NCBI GenBank assembly: GCA_013265495.1 | Contig: MU058213.1 | Coordinates: 6,588,066-6,652,065 of the forward strand | Direction of reading: 5' to 3' | DNA from: Vicugna vicugna | Lineage: Eukaryota | Length of the DNA: 64,000 bases | Shown: positions 1 through 12,463 of the stretch, piece after piece | Position numbering within the stretch: position 1 is the stretch's first letter | Layout: each line of letters opens with the position of its first letter | Notes under the pieces: generated by a model | Told to the model about the DNA's origin: nothing | Seen by the model: the letters and a program-made list of their open reading frames with translations, nothing else | Databases searched by the model: none | Translations under genes and position numbers: made by a program

Positions 1-1219
1 GGTTCCAGCCCTGCCCCTCCTGGCCCGGGCACCCATGTCACTCCTGCGCACTGTGACTTCATGCTCCGGCAACCACTTCTCATTTGGAGAAGACTGTCTG
101 CCCATGACAGGCCACTCCCCTGGAAGCAAAACAGGACTAAGCACAAATTGCTGTATTTTAGATTTAAATATTATATTCAAGAAATATTTTTAAATGCAGA
201 ACCTGACAGCAGTCCCAGACACGTATATTACTCACTACCTATAATTCCTTCTCTTTGTCTTAGGCGAATGCTGTAGAAATTCTTCCTTTTGCACAGCTCT
301 GTGTTAAAAGAGTCATAACGAGATTTCCTTTCAAACTGCTAGCCGGCCACTACCATTACATTGTGTGGCAGTGTGTTCCGGCATCAGTATCAACATTTTT
401 TCATGTTTTATAGGTTTTTCCAGGGAGAAATTGCTAATCACCATTTTCTTGCTGTGCATAGAATTCAAGTCCTTAAGACAGATCTCTTTTCCATGCCATA
501 TTCTTACTTCTCTGGCTCTCACAAAACATGATACCGGCATAGTAAGGTGCCATAAGAATGCAAACCACACCCAGGAGGATAGGGCATTTTTTTTCTTCTG
601 AATCTCTCTACCAGGTTGAATCTAATCAACTGTTTCCAATCAGCAGAGACCCTGAGGAGCACCCCCCCAAACTACTAGAAGATCATTTTTCTTAGACATG
701 TTTCATAGTATTTGATTGTATGATTTCGCCCTAATTCATTTAGCTGATGAGTTTTTGTTATTTTGCAGAAAAGGAAGAGAAACAACAAACTGCTCACTGC
801 TAGAATAATTATGATAAAAAGAACATTATCCAAAATTATAGGTTTCTTAATGACAGTAAAATTATATTCATATATTTATTTGCAACTTAATCTAGTGTTG
901 GGCTCATTTCCAGGCACACAAGGACTTGGGAAAACTCCAGGATTTCACCCCGTACTCTAGAATCCGTGCGGGTGATTCGAGCACTTTCCAGTGACCCATG
1001 TTCAAGTGAGCGTCTTACACCTGGACCAGCGCTGTTGATGGATCGCTGGTTCCACGACTGGATGTTTCACTTCCCTTGTTCTGTTAAAAGGGAGGCAAGC
1101 ATGCTGTTTGATAACATGACATAATTAGATTGTTATACCAGATAACAGCCACATCTACACTTGAGTTTGGCCTGGAATATAAAACAGCACATATTGTGGA
1201 ACAGAGGAAGGCTCAAGAT

Positions 1220-1305
1220 CGTTAATTGTAAACTCTTCCTTTTGTAAGTGAGAAAACAGAGCTCAGGGAGCTGACTTCTACAACATTGCTCTTTCCACTA
1301 TTAGG
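1220..1305 (-). mobile_element. MIR SINE fragment
   Basis: 'ttttgtaagtgagaaaacagagctcagggag' resembles the MIR core (ttttacagatgaggaaactgaggctcagagag). Confidence 0.55.
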
Positions 1306-2587
1306 TGTTTTTGTGACGTTCTAAAAATAGCCACTTCTCCTTGTGAATAAATTCTTCACCTGGAGCACCAGTCCATGCCAGGGGCACAGGAGAGGTGTTT
1401 GGCTGAAGCAGGGTGGAGGGTGGCCGTGCCTCCTTGGCTTTCTTTTATCCCCAGATGTGGTCCCCTGAGTTCAAGGCCACCAGCATGGGTATCCTGATAG
1501 TTGCCTGCGTCTTGAGCCCTCAGTTGGGTTCATTCCACGTGCCTCCTTGCTCTCCTTGCCTCCCCTTTGCTATGTGAAGAAGAGATTTCTGTCTGAAAGG
1601 CATGTGATTGGAAGTCATTCTCTTCCTTGTCCATCAACCATCTCTAGCTAGGAGGGGAGGAATATTTGGGATTAAATGCCAAAAAGCCTTTGTTTCATGC
1701 AGACTTAGTCTTAAAGGTCAGAAAAAAGGCACTTTCCTTTGATATTGTTCCAACTTCAGAGCAGGGTTCTGGTTATGAATATTATGTTATTAATGGTCAA
1801 ATACATTTAACAAAATATTCATTTTTGCTATTCGGTGGCACTTTGCCACAGGAGTGGTCACAAAAAATTTACTGTAATTTTGGGGACATTTTTATTCCAA
1901 CATTTTATGAAAGGTGAACTATTTTATTACCTAATCCAGTGGCATAAATAAGAATTATTAAAACCCATCTAGAGTATTACTTTATTGATGTTTCTCACCC
2001 GCACATTCTATGATATACTGTGTTTATCTTGGAATGACAATACCTCCCAGCATAAAAAGAAAATTGAAAACCAGATCTTCTCTAAGAGAAAAAGCAAGAT
2101 CATTATGTAAACAGCAGCCGGGTCTCATCCAGAATATGTCACATAAATATCACACCATCAAACAAGAAATGTAAATTATTGTACATACGCTGTAATTGAA
2201 AATTGTATTATACATTAGTGGAGTCGCCCATTTATCTAATCACAATCAGTTCCCATAAAATCTCATTTAGGAAAGTTGAGCGCAACTCAGGGGAGGCGGC
2301 TATAGGAATTTCAATCATGGAAATCTCAGTCTGGATAGAGATCTCATCACGTTCTGCAAATCAGTTTTTGTTGCTCCTCAGGCTTACCTTTCACATCTCA
2401 ACAATTCTTTATATCTGAGCTGACCAGCCCAGCTTCTCAACTGGGGAGGAAACAAGACGTCAGCCAGCGTTCACGACCTTGTTTCTAAATCCTGGTTCGT
2501 AGACAATGTTTACGGCACGATCTCAATGCATCCTGGGCTTTTTCATCCCTCTCTGACCTCTCTGTGGGTCATACCTCTTTGTGACTG

Positions 2588-3400
2588 ACATTCATTCATT
2601 TGTTCAAATAGATATACATATTTTTATTCAAGAAACACACACATGACTACGGTTTGCACCATGAGCTGAGGCTGCAAAGAGGTTGAAGCATCCTCTTTGC
2701 CTTCAAGATGTTGCCAATTTAGTGGGGTTAATATAAGTCCAAACAATTGCACCAACGTATGTGTAATGTCAAACAGTGATGATGTGAAAAAGGAAAGACA
2801 GAGGGGGCTAGGAGGATGGAGAACAGATCTAGTTCTGCCGGGAGCATTTCCCCAGGGGTGGGTACAGGTGGTGAAGGCACAAATACCAGGCAGAGGGGAC
2901 ACCACATATAAAGACTTGGAAGGGAGAAGAAGCTCGGAGCATACAAGATACTGAATCGAAGGCTGGTGTAGCTGGAGCCCAGTGAACAAGGGAGAGATAC
3001 TGCCAGATGAGACTGAGAAGCTGATGATGGGGGAAGGGGTACAGCCTACAAAGCCATACTGGCCAGACTTAAGGATGCTGGATGGTTTCATAAATGCAAT
3101 TGGAAACCACTGAAAAATTTTTTAGATTGTAGGGCGAGTACGAGGATGCAATCAGCAGGACCTGATTTGCACTGAAAAAGATCCCTCAGGCTGCAGAGAA
3201 GAGCAGAGTAGGGAGGCTGGTTTGGAGATGCTGTCAATACAGGGGAAATTGTGGTTACACAGGAAAGGATTGACACCGAAGGAAATGAGAGAAGTGATAC
3301 TTCAGAGTTAATATCAAAAGGACGAATCATGGATTGGGTACTGGGGGGCAGCATGGGGGCGGAAGCTATCAGGGATGCCGCCTAGGTGTGGGGCATGAGC
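2588..3400 (-). mobile_element. L2 LINE 3' portion, degenerate
   Basis: Starts with the L2 tail 'cattcattcatttgttcaa'; internal L2 antisense motifs 'ggctggtgtagctggagc', 'ggaaaccactgaaaaatttt', 'aaaaagatccctcaggctgc'. Confidence 0.7.
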
Positions 3401-4679
3401 ATCTAGATATATAGCTTTGCCACCCCCCTGCTCCCCGGGGTGAGGAACAGGAGGGAAGGCCAATAGCTTTACTGTGTCCCCATCTATGCCTCCTTTGCTG
3501 GACTTACTGCCATAAACAAATGATAAGCTGTGGACCACAGCTCTGCCCCATAATGATGACAAATGAGGGGGGTGGAAGCTACGTCCCAGCAGCCTCTGAA
3601 AGAACACCATGAATTCTCTTTCTGAATTGATCAATATAAAATGCGTTAATGGATATTAATATTAGGTCATGGTAAGTCTGCATTCCGCTGCATTTGAATC
3701 TATCACCAACTGCCAGGAGAGCTTCACCAAGACGGTCTTAGATTTTCCAGTGGGTAAGACATCAGGCTTTAAAACAAATTTCCTCTATGCAATGTCTTGA
3801 TTATGCATTCTGATGAGAGAGTGTAGTTTTGAACCATCGTGAACAATAATAATCATAATACATTTTAATTTATGGACAATCCAAGCCTGAAGGCCTCTCG
3901 GCATTTAAACAGAAAACAACTAAGGGAGTATCTTATAATCAAACAAGGCAATATGCCCAAACAAATAAATCCCAGAGTCGGTCCATAAATAAACGCCTCA
4001 ACCCAGACCTCAACACTAAATGCCAGACCTCAACATTAAAGAAATGCTATGTATGAAGCTGGCAAAGATTTAAAAGTCGAAATTACTCTTCCACCGGGAA
4101 GTATCCTGTCATCATCGGACCAAGTCCTGGGACAGAGCCTGGATCCCTGGCTACTTTACACACGTCACTGTTCTGTGCAGCCAGCACCTATCGGATCGAG
4201 GGCTGCGGATCATCTTTCGCTAACCTTAGCAAGAGAAGCATCACTGTACCAATTCCCAGCTTCCCTCACAGCCAGGATAGAGGCCTGAGAACTAGGCTCC
4301 ACCAAGCAGATGCACCAGTGGGGGAGTCACCTGAGCTACCTGAGAAAACACCTGTGTGTGGCAGTTCCGTTTTTGCACGAGGTGTGGTGGGTGGCATGGG
4401 TACCTAGGTTTTGGTGCAGCAGAGGCAATGGAGGATTTACTCAAGTGGTTTCAAGGGTCAAGACCTGGAGCAGAAGTGGCTGTTGACGGGGGGGGGGGCA
4501 GAGAGGCGGTGTCCTCTGCTGGTCAGGGAGGCAGCAGCAACAGCGACTTCTTACCTGGCCAGGTATGTCAGGTGATTGAGGCCTTGCTCAGGGGAACTTA
4601 GCCTCTCGCTGACCTTCCAGTCCTTTCACTAACTCTTAATTATCCAGTATCCTCCCCCCTTCTCTGAGGAATACCTGTA

Positions 4680-5240
4680 TTAAATTTACCTGGCTTCAAC
4701 AACTGGGCACCTTTTGCTACATTTGCTTTATCCTTCCGTGTGCGTGTTTTATTTTATTCTTATTTTTTTGCTGTATCACTTCACTTGAAAGTCATCGACC
4801 TCCTAACATTTTACTCTTAAACGCTTCTCAGTGCATCTCCCAAGTATAATCTCTTAAAAACTACCATACTGCTTTCAAACTTAAGAAAATTAATTTCATA
4901 ATACAATCTAGAACACAGTCTATATTTAAATTCCTCCAGTCTGAGAATAGCTTTTATTACTTTTTGTTTTTCCAGAACAGGATCCAATCTAGATTCAACA
5001 CTGTAATTGGTGGTTATATCTCTTTAATCTCTTTTATTCTGGAGTACTTTCTAACTTTAAAAAATTTATTCATGGCGTTTATTTTTTGAGGGGTAAAACA
5101 ATTGTCTCATAGGCTCTCCTACATTTTTGATTAATCTCATAGTTTCCTATTTGTGATATTTCATGCATTCCTTTTTTTATATACCCTGTAAATATGAAGT
5201 TAGAGCTAAAGTCCTGAATGCATTCAAGTTACATTTTTTG
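4680..5240 (-). mobile_element. Old L1 (L1MC4/5-like) 3'UTR, left half
   Basis: 'caggatccaatctagattcaacactgtaattggtggttatatctctttaatctc' is typical of the antisense L1MC 3'UTR; homologous to 26687-26740. Confidence 0.6.
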
Positions 5241-5773
5241 TTACAATAGCCAAGATATGGAAGCAACTTAAATGTTCACTGACAGATGATTGGATAAAGA
5301 TGTGGTGTGTGTACACACACACACACACACACACAGGAATGTTACTCAACTGTGAAAAAGAATAAAATAATGCCATTTGCAGCACAGATGGACCTACAAA
5401 GTATCATATTGAGTGAAGTAAGGCAGACAGAGAAAGAAAAATATCATGTGATAACACCTATATGTGGAATCTAAAAAAAAGGGATACAAATGAACTTATT
5501 TATAAAACAGAAACAGACTCACAGACCTAGAAAACAAACTTATGGTGACCAAAGGGGAAAGGGAGGAGGGAATAAATTAGGAGTTTGGAATTAGCAGATA
5601 CTAACTACTGTATATAAAACAGACAAACAAGGTCCTACTGTATAGCATAGGGAATTATATTCAATATCTTGTAATAACTTACAATGAATGTATATATGCA
5701 TAACTGAATTACTATGCTGCACACCAGAAGCTAACACAACACTGTAAATCAACTATACTTCAATTAAAAAAAA
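5241..5773 (+). mobile_element. 5'-truncated lineage L1 (ORF2 end, 3'UTR, A tail) containing a (GT)n(AC)n microsatellite
   Basis: 'ttacaatagccaagatatggaagcaac...tgtaaatcaactatacttcaattaaaaaaaa'; diverged TSD aagttacattttttg (5226-5240) / agtttacatctttg (5880-5893). Confidence 0.9.
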
Positions 5774-5778
5774 GTTTA

Positions 5779-5878
5779 GGATATGAAGACGAATATATGT
5801 ATACATATGCATGACTGGGACACTGTGCTGTACACCAGAAATTGACATGCTGTAACTGATGGAACTTCAATGAAAAAA
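5779..5878 (+). mobile_element. Very short L1 3' end inserted in the A tail of the previous L1
   Basis: 'atgcatgactgggacactgtgctgtacaccagaaattgac...acttcaatgaaaaaa'; flanked by aaaaaaagttta / aaaaatagttta. Confidence 0.75.
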
Positions 5879-5880
5879 TA

Positions 5881-6135
5881 GTTTACATCTTTGGCAAGTG
5901 TGCTTCATAGGTGGGGCCATGCACACCAGACTCTGATAGAGCCTCCCCCACTACTGGCAACACTAGATTTGATCACTTGGTTAGCATGATCCCTGCCAGA
6001 TCACTTCATTGCAAATACATGGTTTTTCCCTTTGCAAGTAATCTTGTAGTAAGTAATCTGTGCTTTACCTACTGTGAACATCCTGTTCTTCAAAAAGTTT
6101 TACCTTGTGACTTTAGTATCTACTGGTGATTTTGG
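5881..6135 (-). mobile_element. Old L1 (L1MC4/5-like) 3'UTR, right half
   Basis: 'tttgatcacttggttagcatgatccctgccagatcacttcattgcaaa' continues the element interrupted at 5240. Confidence 0.6.
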
Positions 6136-6921
6136 CCTGGCAACATCTTCTTAAAAACAAACTCCTTTTCCCATTTATCAGCCCAAATTAGTCTCTGTTG
6201 CTTGTAACTAAGAACTCAGACTTAGTAAGCCACCCCCAGTGAGTAAGAAACAGCATGGAATCGGGAGATGAGAAAGCTGGGGTTGGCGCACTCACAGGCT
6301 GGATCACGTTTGGCGAGTGCTTGGTCCTGTGTGGGTTCCGGTGGAACCAGCCCCAGTGCACTGTCCTGAATCTGGCCACTGTGACTTTCTCCCACTGTGT
6401 CCATGACTCTTCCCATTTATGTCCTTCTTTTTCTCGGCTCCACTTTCATATCCAGGAAGTGGTGGAGCAATGGGAAAGGAGAGTGGGAAGAAGATGGTAA
6501 CGGCTGAGGCGGTCCTCTACACCCCACGCAGCCTGGCCCAGACAAGCCTAGGGAATCCGACTGCATCGTTCCTCAGGCGCCAGCTGCCTCACGGATGCCA
6601 AGAACAAGGCAATGCCCGTCTTCTCTCTGGGGAACAGACAGGTCGCCGGACTACAATGCTAGCCGGTAGATTTGCTGGATGCCTCCATGTGGACCGCCTT
6701 CTTCCAACGCAACCTGTCTTCTCTTCTCCACTGTGAACTCCTTGAGGTAAACAAAGCGCCGACGCCCAGTGGACACATGTAATGTTATCAAGTGGATGAT
6801 GAATAAACACCAGCTCATACGTAAGCACAACCACCCACACATTTACACCGTTCTCAACCCCTTTCTTGACCTCCAGAGGCAGTGCCTTCATGAGGTGGTG
6901 CAGCAGACGTAGCAAAGGAAA

Positions 6922-6940
6922 TTGCGACACCTAGCGGTCA
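6922..6940 (-). promoter_or_regulatory. Candidate CTCF binding site
   Basis: Minus strand reads TGACCGCTAGGTGTCGCAA, close to the CTCF core TGRCCRSYAGRKGGCRS; both CpGs intact. Confidence 0.6.
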
Positions 6941-7729
6941 ACTCAGTTGCCCAAGTTTCTAGTTAGTCAACAGTGGGGGTAGAAGCAAGTTTCCAATTAC
7001 AGGATCATTCCTCTTCATGATAACTAAATTCTGTGAAAATCTATCATCCAGAATGGGCTTGAAGATAACCCACCAGGCACAGCCCTTTTAGGTTTGAGAA
7101 TCTTTACTCAAGACCACTGCCCACTGGAAGCATTTCTTATATTGTGGTCACCAGCTCACCTTCCAGCTGTCACCTCATCGCTGGACCAATTAGTAGCAGA
7201 GCATCTAGGACTCCCGGGCTGGGTGGAGGCATCCCCCGGAGGTCCTGCGCCTGATCGCCAATTCCCGTAGCTGCCCTCAGGTTTTAGTGTAATTGATGTG
7301 TCATGGGCTTCATCCTGTGATTTGTTGTGGCCCCGCTGATTAACGGGGGAGGTGACAGAGTCCAGTGTTTTTCTACTGTTCTCTCTGGCAGGAATGTTTG
7401 TTCAGCAAACAGGAAGGAAGGGGGTAGGGATGAAAACACAGAGACTCTGCTTCCCCTCGTGTCTCTCTCCACCCCGGTCATCACAGCATCAGCGAGGACC
7501 GGATGAACCTGACAGGGGCTCGGTGATGTGGGTCCCATCACAGCTGGTTCCCAAAGTTTCCTAGGGGAAGAGATAGTGGCCTCCTTCTGTTTTTATCAGT
7601 AACTAAAGGCTTACGAGAATTTATGAGAAGTTGCTGGTCTAGAAGACCAGACTGGCTCTCCAAGAAAAAACAAAACAAGATAAAATACAATGGAGTCTGT
7701 TGGCAAAATGAATTGATGGTGATCCAAGA

Positions 7730-7920
7730 CAGAGCAGTCTTCTCCGTAGGTGTGCAATGGCAGGGAAGGGGCAGGAATAAACCTCTGATGATGCAGAGGT
7801 TTTGTGTCTTGATCTGGGTGGTGTTTACCTGAGTATAAATGTGGGTGTGTGAATTCACTGACATGTTCACATGAGATTTATGCACTTTACTCTGTGAGTG
7901 CTCTAAACTTATTAAATTTC
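7730..7920 (+). mobile_element. Old L1M (L1ME/MD-like) 3' end
   Basis: 'ttttgtgtcttgatctgggtggtgtttac...agatttatgcactttact' matches the old L1 terminal motif. Confidence 0.65.
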
Positions 7921-7989
7921 TTCTTCTTAAAATAGAACCTGTTGTAACAGAGAGAAGACTGTATTCAGAGCCACCTACTTCTCATTGTT

Positions 7990-8225
7990 CACATCTTGGC
8001 TGTCTTCGCTTTTTCAGAGAAGCCTTCACTGACCCTAGTTGCAGTGGCCCGCCCTCCCCTCTCCACTCTATCCAATTACCTGGTTAATTTTCCTCATTGC
8101 ACTTCTGATCATCTGAACACAGCTTGTTTATTAATATACTCACTGCCTCTCCCTCACCACTAGGATGTAAATCCCGTAAAGGCTGTGCTTTTGATGGTCT
8201 TGTTTCCTATGGAGTCCCTAGCAGG
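7990..8225 (+). mobile_element. L2 3' fragment
   Basis: 'cagagaagccttcactgacc...ccactaggatgtaaatcccgtaaaggc'. Confidence 0.6.
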
Positions 8226-8568
8226 AAGTATATGTTGATTCTCTGACCACCTGAAGCAAAGATACCTCAGCTGGTATTAGGACTCTTTTCTAAGATTAGT
8301 GTTATCAGAATAAGATCAGGAGATGAAACAATGCTTGTGGTAAAGACTCGGGACTGTGGCCAAAGCTGAGCTAGAGTTCACCAGGCCAAGGTCCAACATA
8401 CAAGCCAGGAAACACAGTCATGGTTGACATCAGGCATGAGTGGTCACCGGGCCAGTTACCAGGGCAACTCAGAAGTGCTGGACCAACAGTGCATCCTCCA
8501 GCCAATGAAGGGTCACTGAGGCAGGTCAGTTTAGGGGTTTGAACCTGCTTCCTGAGGTTAGAAGAGAC

Positions 8569-8789
8569 CAGTGGTTCTCAACCAGGGAAATTTTGCTTTC
8601 CTGTGGACATCTGGCAATGCCTGGAGGCCCTTTCCATTGTCACAGTGGAAGGGAGGAGGCCTACTGGCATCAAGAAGGTAGAGCCCAGAGATGCTGCAAA
8701 ACATCCTGCACTGCAGAGGCCAGCCCCCCACCCTCCAACAAAGAATTATCCAGTCCAGTGTACCAGTAGTGCCAGACTGAGAACGCCCG
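8569..8789 (+). mobile_element. MER20 (hAT-Charlie MITE)
   Basis: Begins cagtggttctcaacc; internal 'ggacatctggcaatg', 'ctactggcatc', 'gatgctgcaaaacatcct', 'aacaaagaattatcc'. Confidence 0.85.
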
Positions 8790-11073
8790 GACCAGAGGAG
8801 ACAGCAGACGCTTTCCAAAGTAGGGAGAAATTGGGATCTCTGCTTTGAAAATGTACAAATTCTGTGCGCTTCCACTGCGGAAGGCAAAAGCATTTCCTCG
8901 AGGGGGAGAAAAAGTTCTATCCACAAGCATTCCATCCCTGCTGTGTTCCATAAAATATTCTACACTATGACTGTCCCTTTCTCCACAAGCACAGGCTGGC
9001 CAGTATTTAAGCACATCTTACAGGGCAATTCTGGGATTTAAAGTCTAAAGCTAGTTGAGTTTTCCTCCCTGGACGAGCTCCAGCTCCTGGCAGCTCTGCC
9101 TGACAACCCGACATTCTTGGGCTCCCGGCCAATTTCTTTAATGAATCTCTCTAATTTAATTCATATTTTCCCACCTCTCTATTAAGTACCACCCAGGCTC
9201 ATCGAGCCTACTATTTGAACCAAACACATTTAATGACCGTCCCTTCATTAAACATTACAAGCTCTTTAAAGCCTTGGCAGACAGGGGCCCCATTCGATAA
9301 CCTCGCGCCCTGGCAAAGTCAACAGCCAGGGCCAAGTTCATCTCTCTGCGCATCTCCCCCTTTACAGCTGGGGCTGGAGCGTGGTGGGCGAGACAGGCTT
9401 TATCACTGGGGAAGCGTGGTTTTCCAGGCCAATGGATTCAGCACGCTGGCTATATCTCATGCCTTGACACTAGATGTCAGCGAAGGGTAATTGTTGTCTC
9501 AATTTAGAGGCCAGCTCAGGTAGCTGCTGGCACCCTCGGTTCATGTTTTATAGCGAAGGTGAAGTATGGCTCCGTTCCCACCGCACACATATATTACAAT
9601 AAAAGGGGTATCGGCGCCTAGTGTTTTTAAAGGCTAGTCATAAAAGATGAGTAACGAGGCAGTTTAGAGCTAAAAGACAGCTGCCAAGCTCAATGGCCGT
9701 GATGGATGCCGAACACCCAGTGTGGAGAAAACCCATTCCTCCGAGACCACCATCCAAAAAATTAATTACTACAATTCAGCATCTTTAAATGTGCCACTTA
9801 ATATACTGCTACCATAATTAAATTTCCAGCCCTGTGACCTTGAGACCATTTCCTGAGATAATAAATGAGATCAAGGTTTAATCGATGCAGATGCAAGTAG
9901 AAACTGTCCAAGGGTGTGAGGAGCCGCCGCGCTGGGAGTCAAGGTTGGGGGGCGGAGTGGGGCTCCACCAGTGTCGGGCTCGTCCTGCTGGGACAAGGGT
10001 GTCTCCTAAAGTTTCTGCATGTGCCAACCAGGACGGCACAGGGAGGTGGAAATAGCACAGAACTGGGAGCCAGGAGGCTGGGTCCTGGCCAAAGCTGTGT
10101 TGCTGAAATTGTTTGACCTTTGTCAAGTCACTTCTCCCTGGGCACTGGGGGCTGTCCCCTGTAGAAAAAAAGGGCTGGACAATGTGCTCTGCACAATTCT
10201 TTCCGGCTCTAGTGTTTTCTAATTCTTTCTGTTAAACTGTTTAGAGAAACATGTCAACTGCACCCCTGCTCTCCCAGGCACAGCACCCTGTCCCCACCAG
10301 CCACCCTTTAGAAACTGTACGGTAAGCAGTTAGTTTTCTCTGTCAACTACCAGGGGGTTACAGGTGATGATGCGGGGTGAGAGGGGTTTGCTAGCGTCTC
10401 CCCCATAGAATGTCACTGTCTTAACAGCCAGGTTCCTTGGAGGGCTGTGGCCGCCCCTGGTCCAGCTAACCTACTTAGTTCCTTGCCAAGGGAGGGGTTA
10501 ATTCTTGAGTGGAAGAGCACAGAAAAGGACAGGTCTTTGTAAAGAATCTGGCAGAGTGAAAGCCAAAGTCATGTTTAAAGGGTGGGATGCAGTCAGAGAG
10601 CTGCGAGTGGAAGGGTGGGTCATCTTCACCCTGTGCTCTGGGCCTGGGAGAGCGTGGTACCCATACTCGGTTCCAATGAAAAACGACTGAACACCAGCTA
10701 GGCACTGGGAACCGTGCTAGAGGCTGGTCCTTGCCCTCAGTCATTAATCACAGCATTTGAGGGCAACGGGAAGGAATCATCTCACAAAGCGTCACAGGGC
10801 AGTAACACGACGCGCACGAGGGACGAGTGATCTGGGTGGAGCCTCATTAGCCCCCCGGTTGTTAGCCCCCCGCTTCCAGCAGCCTCTCTGAATAGATGCC
10901 AGTTGACTGGTCTGCAGGTATTCCTTCCTGATAAAAACACAGCAATTACAAGCCTTAACTCACCAGATCCCAGGAAGGGTTTGTTTATGTTAAGCCTTTT
11001 CCTCCCTGAATCGATGTTGAATAAATCCTTCAACCTATCCGCCTACCTGTCCACACACAGCATTTGTCTCAGG

Positions 11074-11260
11074 CAGTGGGTCTCCACTGGGGCAGATCCT
11101 GTACCCAAGAGGACATTTGGAAATGTCAGCATTTTGATCATCACCGCTGGTGTGGGTGTGACTCCTGGCGTCTAGCGGGGAGAGGCCAGGGATGTTGCTG
11201 GCTGCCCCGCAATGCACAGGACAGCTCTCCCTGCCCCGCTTCTGACATCCTGGTCTAAGG
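11074..11260 (+). mobile_element. MER20 (hAT-Charlie MITE), partial
   Basis: 'cagtgggtctccactggggcagat...ggacatttggaaatgtc...gaggccagggatgttgct...caatgcacaggacagc'. Confidence 0.8.
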
Positions 11261-11976
11261 TAGTCAATCTACCAGCAACTCAACCAGTTGAAGAGAAATA
11301 AAAACAACTCCACATCTTGTAACTTTGATATATCAAAATAACTGGTTTCGCTGATTTTTTTCAAAAATTAGTGAGTGACTTTGATGTGGACTGGTGAAGG
11401 CACAGTGTATAGTGCTGTCAGCTGGTCAAAGCAGGCACTGGTGTTCCCGGAATCCTGAGCCCACACTAATTAGGGGTCACAGGCAACATAGAGTCAAGCC
11501 ATCATCAGACAGGGTGGGGATCAAAATGAGAGATATCTTAGGGAAGAAAATCGATCCAAGGACTGAGCCCTGGAGCACTCTGACATCTGAGGGTCAGGAA
11601 GACAAGGAAGAACCAGCAGAGAAACCAGAGAAGTGATCAGAAGACCAGGAGAACCGAGAGAGAGGGATGTCTTAGCAAGAAAGCCAAGCAAGTGTTTTGA
11701 GGTGGAGGGGGTGCTCAGTGCCGCTGAGAGCCCAAAGTGGGAACATGGGAGCTTAGTGCCGAGACCATCAAAGACCCTGACGAGAGCTTTGTCAGTGGAG
11801 TGGAGGGGAAAGAAGTGACTGGAGGGGCTTCATGAGAGAATGAAAAGAAAGAAAACAGAGTATACACTCTCTTACGAGGAATTTTGCCATAAAGAGGAAC
11901 AGAGCAACTGAACTACAGCTAGAAGGAAGTTGTGAGACCAAGAGGTGTGTGTTTGCCTGCCTGTAATTTTAATTTA

Positions 11977-12132
11977 ATATAATTTTGTGTAATTGCACGT
12001 TTTTATTTTTATTTAGTTTTTTAGGGGGAGGGTAATTTTTATTTATTTATTTTTAGTGGAGGAACTGGGGATTGAACCCAGGACCTTGTGCATGCTGGGT
12101 ACACACTCTACCACTGAGCTATACCCTCCCCC
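11977..12132 (-). mobile_element. tRNA-Ala-derived SINE (camelid vic-1-like)
   Basis: Minus-strand head GGGGGAGGGTATAGCTCAGTGGTAGAGTGTGTACCCAGCATGCACAAGGTCCTGGGTTCAATCCCCAG with A and B boxes and an A-rich tail. Confidence 0.9.
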
Positions 12133-12263
12133 AATTTTTAATTTTTTGAGGGGGGAAGGTAATTAGGTTTGTTTGTTTGTTTTTAAATGGAGGTCCTGGG
12201 GATTGAACCCAGGACCTTGTGCTTGCTAAGCACACACTCTACCACTGAGCTACACCCTCCCCC
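12133..12263 (-). mobile_element. tRNA-Ala-derived SINE (camelid vic-1-like)
   Basis: Second copy directly adjacent; same head plus a 'aaacctaattaccttccccc' tail motif. Confidence 0.9.
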
Positions 12264-12463
12264 TTGTTTGCTTTTTAGATGGGGAGATATTATAACATGT
12301 TGACATGCCGATGGGAATGAGCCACTAAAGGGGAAAATATTGGTGTTGCAGGGGTCAAAGGGGACACTTTACTTGAACAACATCTGTGAGTTAGTGGGAA
12401 GGGATGGGGCCTAGCATATAGAAGGGTTGGCTTAAAATGGAAGCATGGACAGTTCATCCACAG

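Noticed and set aside
4552..4565. 14-bp palindrome tacctggccaggta giving back-to-back splice donors
   Set aside because: A few palindromes of this length are expected by chance in 64 kb; no supporting exon structure
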